DNA from: a virus | Virus genome (UHGV): UHGV-0865506 | DNA: 43,204 nucleotides | Reading direction: 5' to 3' (one strand) | Shown: positions 7,265 through 16,435 of the stretch, one piece after another | Layout: every line of letters begins with the position of its first letter | How positions within the stretch are numbered: position 1 is the stretch's first letter | Made by a program: the position numbers and the translations under genes | Notes under the pieces: generated by a model | Database searches by the model: none | Told to the model about the DNA's origin: nothing | Seen by the model: the letters and a program-made list of their open reading frames with translations, nothing else

Positions 7265-7761
7265 GTTTAGTTCGGGAGCGTTTCATTTATGAAAACGGGA
7301 AACTAATCTATCGCCACAATACAAAAAGAATGTTAGCTGGTCAGGAGGCAGGAAGCCTCCACCATTCAGGGTATGTGCAGATCTACATTAATCGTAAGTC
7401 CTACCAAAGAAGCCGTTTAATATGGGAGTACCACAACGGCCCTATACCTGAAGGGTTTGAGGTGGACCATATAAATGCGATAAGAAATGATGACAGGATA
7501 GAGAATCTCCAGTTAATCGCTCATAGCGATAATGTGGCTAAAGGCGGCATTCAAACCGGAAGAAGTCATAACAAAAGCGGGTACACTGGCGTGTTTTGGC
7601 GCAAAAGCCATGGTAAATGGCAGGCTGGAATTACCGTAAACGGGCAATATCGTTACCTTGGACTATTCGAAACTCCTGAACAGGCTAACGTGGCGAGAAA
7701 GAATTTTGAAAGTAATTTGCTAAAAGAAGTTGACTACCGAATAGCGAACTATTATAGTTAA
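7261..7761 (+). CDS. HNH homing endonuclease with AP2 DNA-binding domain
   Basis: HNH motifs (YHNGPIPEGFEVDHINAIRNDDRIENLQLIAHSDN) followed by an AP2-like segment (GVFWRKSHGKWQAGITVNGQYRYLGLFETPEQA). Confidence 0.8.
   Translation: MSLVRERFIYENGKLIYRHNTKRMLAGQEAGSLHHSGYVQIYINRKSYQRSRLIWEYHNGPIPEGFEVDHINAIRNDDRIENLQLIAHSDNVAKGGIQTGRSHNKSGYTGVFWRKSHGKWQAGITVNGQYRYLGLFETPEQANVARKNFESNLLKEVDYRIANYYS
7730..7758 (+). promoter_or_regulatory. sigma70 promoter TTGACT-N17-TATAGT embedded in the 3' end of the HNH gene
   Basis: Near-consensus hexamers; part of a 32-bp repeat shared with 11631..11660. Confidence 0.5.
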
Positions 7762-7821
7762 ATCACTGGCCGGGCAGTTCCCGGAGTAAACTTAAAATCT
7801 AAACTTAATGAGGGCTGAACT

Positions 7822-8448
7822 GTGGGACTGAAATTAAATCTGCGTAAAGTAAACACTGCATGGGTTAACGTATTTGAACGCGAAAAAGACCGTGAAAACG
7901 ATGATGGCTCAATCACTAAAGGCCAGTACAGCGCGACTATCATCCTGCAGTCTGGCCATGCTCAAATCGACGCACTCTACGACACTGTTTACGCTGTAGT
8001 TGAAGAAGCGTTAGGTGCAGCCGCCGCCGAGAAATGGATGAAGTCCAACTACGGCGAAGGTAAGCACATGGATAAATGCGCGATTAAAGATATTGCCGAG
8101 CGTGACAATCCGTTTGAAGACTTCCCTGAAGGCTTCTACTTCAAAGCGAAGGCACAGAAACAACCGCTGATTGTAACATCTAAAAAAGGTGAGACTCAGG
8201 TAGAGCAGGATTTCAATGTAGACGGCGAACAGATTGAAGGCGAACAGGTTTACAGCGGCTGCGTCGCTAACGTAAGCGTTGAAATCTGGTTCAGCCAGAA
8301 ATACAAAGTACTCGGTGTTAACCTGCTGGCAATTAAGTACGTTGGTGAAGGTAAAGCGTTTGGTGGTTCTAAAGTAGCTGCGAGTGTCGAGGACCTGGAA
8401 GACGACGAAGAAGATGAAGCACCGCGCCGCGAACGTCGTCGCCGTTAA
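7822..8448 (+). CDS. single-stranded DNA-binding protein-like (DUF2815-type)
   Basis: GTG start with GAGGG Shine-Dalgarno; acidic C-terminal tail DLEDDEEDEAP typical of SSBs; sits between Cas4-like nuclease and DNA polymerase as in the conserved replication module. Confidence 0.55.
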   Translation: MGLKLNLRKVNTAWVNVFEREKDRENDDGSITKGQYSATIILQSGHAQIDALYDTVYAVVEEALGAAAAEKWMKSNYGEGKHMDKCAIKDIAERDNPFEDFPEGFYFKAKAQKQPLIVTSKKGETQVEQDFNVDGEQIEGEQVYSGCVANVSVEIWFSQKYKVLGVNLLAIKYVGEGKAFGGSKVAASVEDLEDDEEDEAPRRERRRR

Positions 8449-8468
8449 TATCTGAACCAATTTAACTA

Positions 8469-8491
8469 AGGCCCTTCATTGGGCCTTTTTA
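8469..8491 (+). terminator. rho-independent terminator
   Basis: Hairpin AGGCCC-TTCATT-GGGCCT followed by TTTTT. Confidence 0.6.
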
Positions 8492-8502
8492 CCGGAGTCA
8501 GA

Positions 8503-8976
8503 ATGGAACATATAAAAGATTTTCTTAGTTATAACCGAGAAACCGGAATATTCACATGGATACAACCTACGTACAGACGAGGGAGACCCGGAGACATTGC
8601 GGGATGTATGAATAGTAGCGGATACTGGCGCATACCCTACATGGGTAGATACTACATGGCCCATAGGCTTGCTTGGTTTTTCGAGTACGGCGAATGGCCT
8701 GAGGGGCCTCTTGACCATATAAACCGTGACAGGTTAGACAATAGGATTTCTAACCTAAGGAAAGCAACCACAGCGGATAATGTGCGAAACGCTAAAAATA
8801 AGGGAGCTAGAACGGGAGTTAAGGGAGTAGTTAAAAACGGCAACCGGTTTTATGGGCGTGTACATTTTAACTACAAAAGTTATAACGCTGGTAGCTACGG
8901 AACTCTTGAAGAAGCAGAAAGCGCTGTAAAGAAATTAAGAGAAAAACTGCATAAGGAATTTTATTGCCATGACTAG
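8503..8976 (+). CDS. HNH homing endonuclease with AP2-like domain (second copy)
   Basis: HNH motifs (EGPLDHINRDRLDNRISNLR) plus AP2-like GVKGVVKNGNRFYGRVHF; start at internal Met with GGAG Shine-Dalgarno. Confidence 0.8.
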   Translation: MEHIKDFLSYNRETGIFTWIQPTYRRGRPGDIAGCMNSSGYWRIPYMGRYYMAHRLAWFFEYGEWPEGPLDHINRDRLDNRISNLRKATTADNVRNAKNKGARTGVKGVVKNGNRFYGRVHFNYKSYNAGSYGTLEEAESAVKKLREKLHKEFYCHD

Positions 8977-11173
8977 TTTATTGTACCTGGATACCGAGAC
9001 ATTCTCCGAAGCAGACTTAAAGAAAGTCGGGTCGTATGCGTATGCGGAGCACCCAACGACAGAGGTTATAATTTGTACGTATGCCGTTGATGACGGTCCT
9101 GTAGAAGTATGGGATTGCACTTCCGAATCAGTAATGCCGATAAGCCTCCGTGTGGCTCTCCGTAATGTTATGCGTGGACGTATGAAAATCGTGGGCCATA
9201 ACTTTTTAATGTTCGATCGCCTAATCATGAAACACTGCTGGGGCTTCGATATACCGGTAAGCAACACCATTGACACGATGATTTGGGCGTTTCGTCACGC
9301 GCTGCCAGGTTCACTTGATGCGCTGTGTGAAGTGCTTGGCGTGTCCGCTGATAATGCGAAAGACAAACGCGGCAAGGCGCTGATTCAGCGTTTCTCTAAA
9401 CCGACACCGAAGAACTACAAAATTCGCCGCTACACCGCCGAAACACACCCTGACGAGTGGGCGCTGTTCATCAAGTACGCCGTGAGTGACATTACTGCTA
9501 TGCGTGAAGTCTTCCATAAGCTTCCGCGGTGGGGTAACTCTGAGTTTGAAGACCGTGTACTGGAACTGGACCAGTTAATCAATGACCGTGGGTTTAAGGT
9601 TGACGTTGCACTGGCGGAAGCCGCGATTGAAGCCGTGGAGAAACACAAAGCACAGTTACAGGAAGAAGCCCAACGCAAATACGGCGGCTCGCTTACGGGT
9701 AAAGACTTTCTGCCGATTCTGCGTGAACTTGCCCCAGCGCACCACATACACAATGCGCAGAAGTCGACGCTTAACGACCTGTTGGTGGACGATGATTTAC
9801 CTGACGACGCCCGCACGATTATCGAAATGCGCCTCGGGGCCGCGTCCACAGCGTCAACGAAATATAACCCGCTGCTGTTGGGCCGCTCGTCGGACGACCG
9901 ACGCCGCGGTTGTTTACAGTACGGCGGGGCAAAACGTACTTTGCGGTGGGCGGGTAAAGGCTTTCAGCCGCAGAACCTGGCCCGCGGGTACTATCATGAT
10001 GATGAACTGGATAAAGGCATTTCAGCGTTACTTAAGGGTCGTGCTCACCGCCGATTTGACGTAGCCAAGCTGACGGCATCGACGGTCCGTAGCTGCATCA
10101 TACCGGAAGCCGGGCACAAGTTTGTCGTAGCTGATTACTCTAACGTCGAAGGTCGTGGGTTAGCGTGGTTAGCAGGAGAAGAAACCGCGCTCGATACGTT
10201 CCGTGCCGGACTGGATATTTACTGTGTAACCGCAGGTAAGATGTTTGGCATGGACCCTGACGATATTAAGAAAAACTTTAAGGAAATCAGACAGATAGGC
10301 AAGGCTTGCGAACTGGGCCTCGGCTACGAGGGGGGTGTCGGAGCGTTCGTTACGTTTGCTAAAAACTTAGGTCTTGACCTTATTGAGATGGCAAAAACAA
10401 TGGACGGGACTTTCCCTGACCACATCTGGGCCGCTACCGCGAGAGGATATGAATGGGCGCGCATCCAGGAAGCCAAGCGCCCCCCACATCCAGGTGAAAA
10501 GGACGATAGGCCATCGTATATTCTTGATAAAAAAGTATGGCGTACTTGTGATGCTATCAAGCGTATGTGGCGCGAGTCACACCCGGAAACAGTAGCGTTC
10601 TGGCGCGACCTTAAAGACGGAATTTTAGCCGCTGTGCGTAATCCTGGCCGTGAATTTTGGGCGGGGGCACACTTGCGCAGGAATGGGGAAAGGGCTATCC
10701 GTATATGGCGTACTGTAGAATTTGATTCATCCGGCAGGAAGGTTCCTGGTTGGTGGTTGTGTATGGAGCTGCCGTCAGGCCGTATCCTCTCGTATCCAGG
10801 AATAGGCGTTAGTGTGACTGTGACAAAGGAAACAGACGAAGGCGGACGGGTAAACACGGATGTGCGAATCAAGTATCAGGGTGAAAACCAGTTAACCCGC
10901 CAATGGACTACCCTGTACACCCATGGCGGCAAAGCCTGCGAAAACATTGTCCAGGCGTTGTGTCGTGATTTACTCGCGTATGCGATGATTAATGTTGAGG
11001 GTGGCGGGTACCCCATCGTGCTTTCGGTACACGATGAACTGGTATGTGAAACTCCCGACACACCTGAGTACACGGTGGCCGAACTGGAAAAATTAATGTG
11101 CGCATTGCCGGAGTGGGCCGAGGGGTTCCCTCTTGTAGCAGAAGGCGCGGAGATGATGCGTTATGCCAAGTAA
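8969..11173 (+). CDS. family A DNA polymerase with 3'-5' exonuclease domain
   Basis: Exo motif LYLDTETF; Pol A motif A (VVADYSNVEGRGLA), motif B (RQIGKACELGLGYEGG), motif C (VHDELV). Confidence 0.9.
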   Translation: MTSLLYLDTETFSEADLKKVGSYAYAEHPTTEVIICTYAVDDGPVEVWDCTSESVMPISLRVALRNVMRGRMKIVGHNFLMFDRLIMKHCWGFDIPVSNTIDTMIWAFRHALPGSLDALCEVLGVSADNAKDKRGKALIQRFSKPTPKNYKIRRYTAETHPDEWALFIKYAVSDITAMREVFHKLPRWGNSEFEDRVLELDQLINDRGFKVDVALAEAAIEAVEKHKAQLQEEAQRKYGGSLTGKDFLPILRELAPAHHIHNAQKSTLNDLLVDDDLPDDARTIIEMRLGAASTASTKYNPLLLGRSSDDRRRGCLQYGGAKRTLRWAGKGFQPQNLARGYYHDDELDKGISALLKGRAHRRFDVAKLTASTVRSCIIPEAGHKFVVADYSNVEGRGLAWLAGEETALDTFRAGLDIYCVTAGKMFGMDPDDIKKNFKEIRQIGKACELGLGYEGGVGAFVTFAKNLGLDLIEMAKTMDGTFPDHIWAATARGYEWARIQEAKRPPHPGEKDDRPSYILDKKVWRTCDAIKRMWRESHPETVAFWRDLKDGILAAVRNPGREFWAGAHLRRNGERAIRIWRTVEFDSSGRKVPGWWLCMELPSGRILSYPGIGVSVTVTKETDEGGRVNTDVRIKYQGENQLTRQWTTLYTHGGKACENIVQALCRDLLAYAMINVEGGGYPIVLSVHDELVCETPDTPEYTVAELEKLMCALPEWAEGFPLVAEGAEMMRYAK

Positions 11174-11294
11174 ACTGATTATAGCGGTACTGGCAGGGTT
11201 TGCTGCCGGTGTCTACTGTCACGAGGGCCAATACGGCATGATGGCTGCTGTATTAGGTATGTTCATCGCAATTCATCTGTGGGTGATGGAATGA
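11163..11294 (+). CDS. small hydrophobic protein (about 43 aa), candidate
   Basis: Hand-derived ORF overlapping the polymerase stop; sequence MPSKLIIAVLAGFAAGVYCHEGQYGMMAAVLGMFIAIHLWVME. Confidence 0.25.
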   Translation: MPSKLIIAVLAGFAAGVYCHEGQYGMMAAVLGMFIAIHLWVME

Positions 11295-11389
11295 AAATTT
11301 ACTGGTTCTACGAAGAAGACTGTCGAATCTGCCCGCGCTGTGGTATCGAGCATACGAAACGGGAGGGGTGCATAGATGAGTACGCCTGA
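11291..11389 (+). CDS. small Cys-rich zinc-ribbon-like peptide (about 32 aa), candidate
   Basis: Hand-derived ORF MKIYWFYEEDCRICPRCGIEHTKREGCIDEYA, coupled by ATGA overlaps on both sides. Confidence 0.25.
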   Translation: MKIYWFYEEDCRICPRCGIEHTKREGCIDEYA

Positions 11390-11663
11390 GGGGCGCATCC
11401 AGAAATACGCAAAAGAGCGATTCGAGGCTATCGGCGGCCTCGTACGCAAATTGTCGTACGAAAATAGAGCGGGCGCTCCTGACCTGCTGGTAATTCTCCC
11501 CGGCGGCATCATCTGGTTCGTCGAGGTTAAGAAAGACGAAAACACGAAGCCAGACCCACACCAGCTACGAGAGCACGAGCGGATGCGTAAACGTGGAGCA
11601 AATGTTTTTGTCGTTGGTTCGTTTAAACAGGTTGACGACCTAATAGCGAACTATTATAGTTAG
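11376..11663 (+). CDS. VRR-NUC domain nuclease
   Basis: GAPDLLV...WFVEVKKD matches the PD-(D/E)XK core of VRR-NUC proteins; position after DNA polymerase is typical. Confidence 0.7.
   Translation: MSTPEGRIQKYAKERFEAIGGLVRKLSYENRAGAPDLLVILPGGIIWFVEVKKDENTKPDPHQLREHERMRKRGANVFVVGSFKQVDDLIANYYS
11632..11660 (+). promoter_or_regulatory. sigma70 promoter TTGACG-N17-TATAGT embedded in the 3' end of the VRR-NUC gene
   Basis: Part of the 32-bp repeat shared with 7730..7758. Confidence 0.5.
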
Positions 11664-11693
11664 CCATACACCAACAATATAAGGAATTGAGAA

Positions 11694-11885
11694 ATGAAAC
11701 ACGAATATGACCGTAAACCAGCACGTGACATCGTACCTGGCGACATGATTTTCAACGTTAAGACACGTCGCCCTGTTGCCGTTGATACGGTGTTCGTCGA
11801 GTCGAACGGTAAACTGGTTATCGAAGATGTAACTGGTAACGTTACGGCGTTCGGGCGTAAAGAGCTGGTGCTGGTGGCAAAATGA
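11694..11885 (+). CDS. hypothetical protein
   Basis: Track ORF with AAGGAA Shine-Dalgarno. Confidence 0.5.
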   Translation: MKHEYDRKPARDIVPGDMIFNVKTRRPVAVDTVFVESNGKLVIEDVTGNVTAFGRKELVLVAK

Positions 11886-12565
11886 TTGTCTGGTCATTGT
11901 TTGACGGTTCGGGCCTTATGGCCCAACCGTGGGCAGAAGCGGGCCATACTTGCTATTGTTTCAACTACGATGGTGCCGACCACGGCGACTACGCGCGATT
12001 GGGCGCAAAAGTTGAACACGAGAACATCCACTATATAAACGCGTGGATTGATAATAAGTTCGACTTCGAGGTTTCGCCAGATATTATTTTTGCGTTCCCT
12101 CCTTGCACAGATTTAGCCGTTAGTGGCGCGGCGCATTTCGAAACGAAGCGTAAGAAGAACCCAACGTTTCAGGTAGAGGCTGTTATCACATGCAAAGTGG
12201 CGGCACGCCTGGCTAAAAGGTATAACGTACCTTATATGATTGAGAACCCAGTTAGCGTCCTCTCGTCTTTGTGGCGTAAGCCCGATTATGTGTTCAATCC
12301 TTACGAATACGGCGGCTATCTACCGGAAGACGATACGCATCCAATGTTCCCTGAATACATAAAACCCCGAGACGCGTACCCTAAAAAGACATGTCTTTGG
12401 ACGGGTAATGGTTTCGTAATGCCGGTTAAGTCAGGTGTTGCCGTGGGTGATGGGTATTCTGACCAGCACAACAAACTTGGCGGTAAATCAGTGCGGACAA
12501 AAACAATCCGCAGCCTTACTCCTCGGGGTTTCGCAAAAGCAGTTTACGAGGCTAATCATGTCTAA
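11882..12565 (+). CDS. DNA (cytosine-5)-methyltransferase-like protein, compact, no obvious target-recognition domain
   Basis: LFDGSG (motif I-like), FAFPPCTDLAVSG (PC catalytic motif IV-like), MIENPVS (ENV motif VI-like); only 227 aa. Confidence 0.5.
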   Translation: MIVWSLFDGSGLMAQPWAEAGHTCYCFNYDGADHGDYARLGAKVEHENIHYINAWIDNKFDFEVSPDIIFAFPPCTDLAVSGAAHFETKRKKNPTFQVEAVITCKVAARLAKRYNVPYMIENPVSVLSSLWRKPDYVFNPYEYGGYLPEDDTHPMFPEYIKPRDAYPKKTCLWTGNGFVMPVKSGVAVGDGYSDQHNKLGGKSVRTKTIRSLTPRGFAKAVYEANHV

Positions 12566-13982
12566 GTTTCAAAGACGCGAGTACCAGAAACTCATGACCT
12601 CGTTCATGTTGCAACACCATCGCTGCAACATATGGGCAAGCATGGGCGCCGGGAAGACTGGCAGCGTACTGTGGGCATTAAACCGACTGTTCCGAAACGG
12701 GCAGCTTAATGACGAGGACCGCGTGTTAATCCTCGCCCCGTTACGTGTTGCGTCTGGCACATGGCCAGCAGAACAAGAGAAATGGAATTTCCCATGCCTG
12801 AGTGTCGTCGATGCTACCGGTTCAGAGAAGCGCCGCATCGCGGCGCTGGAGTCAGACGCTAATGTAATTTGTATTAACTATGAGGTTATAGAGTGGCTTA
12901 TCGACTATTACGGGGTAGATGACTGGCCCTTTACTGTGATAGTTAACGATGAAAGTACAAAGTTGAAATCGTACCGTAGCCGTTCTGGCGGGAGCAAGAG
13001 GGCAAAGGCGCTTAGTAAAGTAGCATTTAGAAATGTTAAGCGGCTGATAAACCTTACGGGAACACCGTCGCCGAACGGCCTCAAAGACTTGTGGGGGCAG
13101 AACTGGTTTATTGACGCTGGCGAGCGCCTCGGTTCTTCATACACGGCATTCACCGACCGATGGTTTAACTCTGTACAGAAAGGCAAATCGGCTATGGCGC
13201 GTGAGTACCATGCCCGCCCTGGTGCTGATAATGAGATTCACCAGAAGATGAAGGACATCAGTCTTACGATTGATGCTGCCGAGTGGTTCGGTTGTGAAGC
13301 ACCTATTATCGTGCCGGTGGAAATTGACCTGCCGAAGAAAGCACGTCAGGCGTACATCGATATGGAGGAGAAGTTATTCGCTGAACTTGAGAGCGGGGAA
13401 GTTGAAGCGGCTAACGCAGCGGCGAAGACGTCGAAGTGTTTGCAGATTGCATCCGGTGCCGTATATGTGTCCGGGCCGGATGGTGAAGCAACGAAAGAAT
13501 GGGAGAAAGTGCACGACACGAAACTGGATGCGCTGGAGTCCATTGTTGAGGAGTTACAGGGCGCGCCGTTACTGGTGGCCTATCAGTTCAAGCATGAACT
13601 GGAGCGTATCCTTAAGCGATTCCCACAGGCCCAGGCGTTTGCAAAAGGCGCTAAGGGCAATAAGCAGATGGAAGCGTGGAACCGCGGTGAAATCGAGATT
13701 TTGTGTGTGCATCCCGCATCAGCCGGGCATGGTTTGAATTTACAGGACGGCGGGCATCATCTGGCGTTTATTTCACAAGGGTGGAACCTTGAGCACTATT
13801 TGCAGGTTGTCGAGCGTATAGGCCCAGTACGCCAGAAACAGGCAGGCCATGAGCGCCCGGTGTTCCTGTATCACATCGTAGCTAAAGACACGCTGGACGA
13901 GGTTGTTGCCGCGCGTACCGACGAGAAGAAATCGGTGCAGGAAGAATTGCTTAATTACATGAAGAGACGAGGTAAGAAATGA
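12558..13982 (+). CDS. SNF2-family helicase
   Basis: Walker A ASMGAGKT, DExx box VNDEST, C-terminal helicase motifs; start at internal Met overlapping the upstream stop. Confidence 0.8.
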   Translation: MSKFQRREYQKLMTSFMLQHHRCNIWASMGAGKTGSVLWALNRLFRNGQLNDEDRVLILAPLRVASGTWPAEQEKWNFPCLSVVDATGSEKRRIAALESDANVICINYEVIEWLIDYYGVDDWPFTVIVNDESTKLKSYRSRSGGSKRAKALSKVAFRNVKRLINLTGTPSPNGLKDLWGQNWFIDAGERLGSSYTAFTDRWFNSVQKGKSAMAREYHARPGADNEIHQKMKDISLTIDAAEWFGCEAPIIVPVEIDLPKKARQAYIDMEEKLFAELESGEVEAANAAAKTSKCLQIASGAVYVSGPDGEATKEWEKVHDTKLDALESIVEELQGAPLLVAYQFKHELERILKRFPQAQAFAKGAKGNKQMEAWNRGEIEILCVHPASAGHGLNLQDGGHHLAFISQGWNLEHYLQVVERIGPVRQKQAGHERPVFLYHIVAKDTLDEVVAARTDEKKSVQEELLNYMKRRGKK

Positions 13983-14164
13983 AACTTAATGTTGGCGATG
14001 AGATATACAGCATACACTCATTCAATACTTTCACCATCGAGTACATATCGAAAGACGGCAACAGCTTTGTTTTGGTAAGCTCGGACGGTAAATACGAAAA
14101 GTCACGCTGCTACACGCTGCCGGACATAAAGCGCAGTTTCAAGAAAAGCGAAGGTAAGAAATGA
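13979..14164 (+). CDS. hypothetical protein
   Basis: Track ORF, ATGA overlap, junction repeat GGTAAGAAATGAA. Confidence 0.45.
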   Translation: MKLNVGDEIYSIHSFNTFTIEYISKDGNSFVLVSSDGKYEKSRCYTLPDIKRSFKKSEGKK

Positions 14165-14298
14165 ACATCATAGCCCCGATTCCAGCATTGCAAAAACGTA
14201 TCAAGGAACTTGAAGAAGAGGTTCTACGGCTACGGCAACAAAGAGACGCCGCTAATGCGCAACTGGCGTTTGTACTGGAGAAGTTACCTGAAGAGTAG
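14161..14298 (+). CDS. small coiled-coil protein (45 aa), candidate
   Basis: Hand-derived ORF MNIIAPIPALQKRIKELEEEVLRLRQQRDAANAQLAFVLEKLPEE, coupled by the same junction repeat. Confidence 0.3.
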   Translation: MNIIAPIPALQKRIKELEEEVLRLRQQRDAANAQLAFVLEKLPEE

Positions 14299-14301
14299 AG
14301 A

Positions 14302-14326
14302 AAAGGCCCCGTTTGGGGCCTAATCA
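14302..14326. terminator. bidirectional rho-independent terminator between the convergent early and late arms
   Basis: Hairpin AGGCCCC-GTTT-GGGGCCT flanked by A-tract upstream and T-rich sequence on the minus strand. Confidence 0.6.
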
Positions 14327-14335
14327 CTTCTTACG

Positions 14336-16423
14336 CTATACCACCCATGTCCCGTATGAGCTTATTATTTCTGAAAATGTGCCCTCATTGTTCTTGAACG
14401 TTAGTCTTGCTGAAAAATCAGCGCTGTGCATGGAAGCACCGCTGGGTGTGTTAAGTCCGGAAACATAAACGCTATTTACCACGTCAGAGTTAGGAAACTT
14501 ACCGACTGTCAATTCCCGAAAATCGCCAGTGGTGTCTACCGTTATGTTGCCGGATTGAGCTAAAGTGTTGCAGCGTATAGTGCTGTTGTATAACTTGCTC
14601 TTTATACCGGTGGTATTGGTTGTGGTGTACACACCCCCTATAAAACCTCGCATTTGAGCTGGCCCGGTGTCGCCTGCCGTATAAGCAAGAGACGTCACTA
14701 TAGGGTCGTTTTTCTGACCTATATTTATGTCGAGGAAGTATTGTTCAAGGCTTATACCTGCTAGTAGCGTGAATGTAGATATTTTTGACGAACATTTACC
14801 TACGCTTATGTTGCTAAAGTTTCGGGACAGACCTTGCCCGACAGGGTCTGCCGTTCTAGGTAACAGCCGTATATTCCTGTCACCGCCAGCGGTTGTGCTC
14901 TCGTCAGAAATTTCACCTATTTCTACAAAAAGTCTATCATTACCTAACATCTCAAAAACACAAAAATCGATTGGAAGTGTTTTAAATACCACACGGTTAA
15001 TAAATATTTTCCCTATACCGTTAGGCTGAACTCTGGTAGCTGTTACCCCCCTATTAGTCACGTTAACCAATGTTGTGTTACCTGATACCACCACATCGGC
15101 AACAAGACTGTTTGGGAAAATATTAAGTTCAAGACCTGTATACGCGCCGTTAATATACGGGTTTGAAATTTCGCAGTTAATTAACCGCGGAACAGTATAT
15201 CCCGGGGTTCCTTCGTCTGCTTCCGGCTCAATATCTATACCAGATTTCGGCATGGCACCCGTTACCCCACCATAGTCACCTATGTTATAAATCTCGGGGT
15301 TAACTATCAGGACATTCTCTCCAGAAGTTAGGCTTATGCCATTACGGCGGCATTGTCGTATGACTGGTTTTTCTATGTAAATGTTTCCAGGTACTGTGCC
15401 GTCTGTCGTGCCCCATTTCATGCCGATGTATATTCCATCTCCGAACATGTTTGTGAAGGTGCCGCCTATAACTCGGATGTTGGAAGATTGGAGTATTGTA
15501 AGCCCCCAGCCATGTTCCCCTATTGTGGTGTTTGTGAGCCTGTCCCCCTCTAGTACAGGGTTGTAAATATTTACGTTTTGAACACCATTTGCGACGTAAA
15601 TGATGTGGCTTTGAGGTCTGCCTTGATTAGCCAGACGTAGTGCGCCATCACCTACGAAACGTATTGTTGAGTTGCTAACGCAACAAATAACTGACTTAAA
15701 GGCGTTATTACCTGGGCTTACAGGGTCATCTGTAGATGCCATCAGACCCGTCATATTTTTATCAATAATAAAATCGCACGCTAGTGCAACGGATGCGGTG
15801 TACGCTTTCATAAGAGAAGTGGTATCCGTACAAAAATCAGACGCGTATATCCCAGTCGCGGATGTTAACTCCCACACGCCCCCATCGGCGGATGCTATTT
15901 TTGTAATCCCGTCAACCGCTCCGGTGGACCTGGAATATACGTAGCGAGACCCAACACATACAGTATCGTAGATAGCACTAATATCGGCGGTAGATATCTC
16001 GGACACTTCCATAAAGTAAGCGGATACCAGTCTTAAATCATTCCGCAGGTTTGGGTCAGTCTGTGGCTTCCAGTCCGCGTTTCCTACTGGGTTAAGTCCT
16101 GCAGGAACTACTACAGGCAGAGTCCCGGCATACGAGTACCACGTTTTACTCACAGGGTCGTACACCACTTTGTCGCGGTCATTAACTGTTAACGTACCGC
16201 CAGTGGAGAAATCCCACGATACAGGAGAAAAACCAGCATCACGCAACACGGCGGGTAACGTCTTCTGGGTCTGTCCCGTAACCTGATTAGTTGCGTAATC
16301 AATATCGGCGCCCGTAGCAACGCCGCCGGATTTACCCGTGATAACCTCGGCCTCGAAAATCTGGTGTTTCTTGGCGGTTTGTAAGTCCGCCAGGCTTAAA
16401 ACGTCACCGCATCCGCTTGACAT
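14336..16423 (-). CDS. tailspike or tail fibre protein with probable beta-helix depolymerase domain
   Basis: 695 aa, last gene of the tail operon, Gly/Asn/Thr-rich repetitive central region typical of right-handed beta-helix tailspikes. Confidence 0.7.
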   Translation of the reverse strand: MSSGCGDVLSLADLQTAKKHQIFEAEVITGKSGGVATGADIDYATNQVTGQTQKTLPAVLRDAGFSPVSWDFSTGGTLTVNDRDKVVYDPVSKTWYSYAGTLPVVVPAGLNPVGNADWKPQTDPNLRNDLRLVSAYFMEVSEISTADISAIYDTVCVGSRYVYSRSTGAVDGITKIASADGGVWELTSATGIYASDFCTDTTSLMKAYTASVALACDFIIDKNMTGLMASTDDPVSPGNNAFKSVICCVSNSTIRFVGDGALRLANQGRPQSHIIYVANGVQNVNIYNPVLEGDRLTNTTIGEHGWGLTILQSSNIRVIGGTFTNMFGDGIYIGMKWGTTDGTVPGNIYIEKPVIRQCRRNGISLTSGENVLIVNPEIYNIGDYGGVTGAMPKSGIDIEPEADEGTPGYTVPRLINCEISNPYINGAYTGLELNIFPNSLVADVVVSGNTTLVNVTNRGVTATRVQPNGIGKIFINRVVFKTLPIDFCVFEMLGNDRLFVEIGEISDESTTAGGDRNIRLLPRTADPVGQGLSRNFSNISVGKCSSKISTFTLLAGISLEQYFLDINIGQKNDPIVTSLAYTAGDTGPAQMRGFIGGVYTTTNTTGIKSKLYNSTIRCNTLAQSGNITVDTTGDFRELTVGKFPNSDVVNSVYVSGLNTPSGASMHSADFSARLTFKNNEGTFSEIISSYGTWVV

Positions 16424-16435
16424 ATAGAGTCCTCT

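Noticed and set aside
10324-10872. 182-aa minus-strand ORF
   Set aside because: Falls inside the DNA polymerase gene on the opposite strand; the polymerase reading is supported by motifs, this one by nothing.
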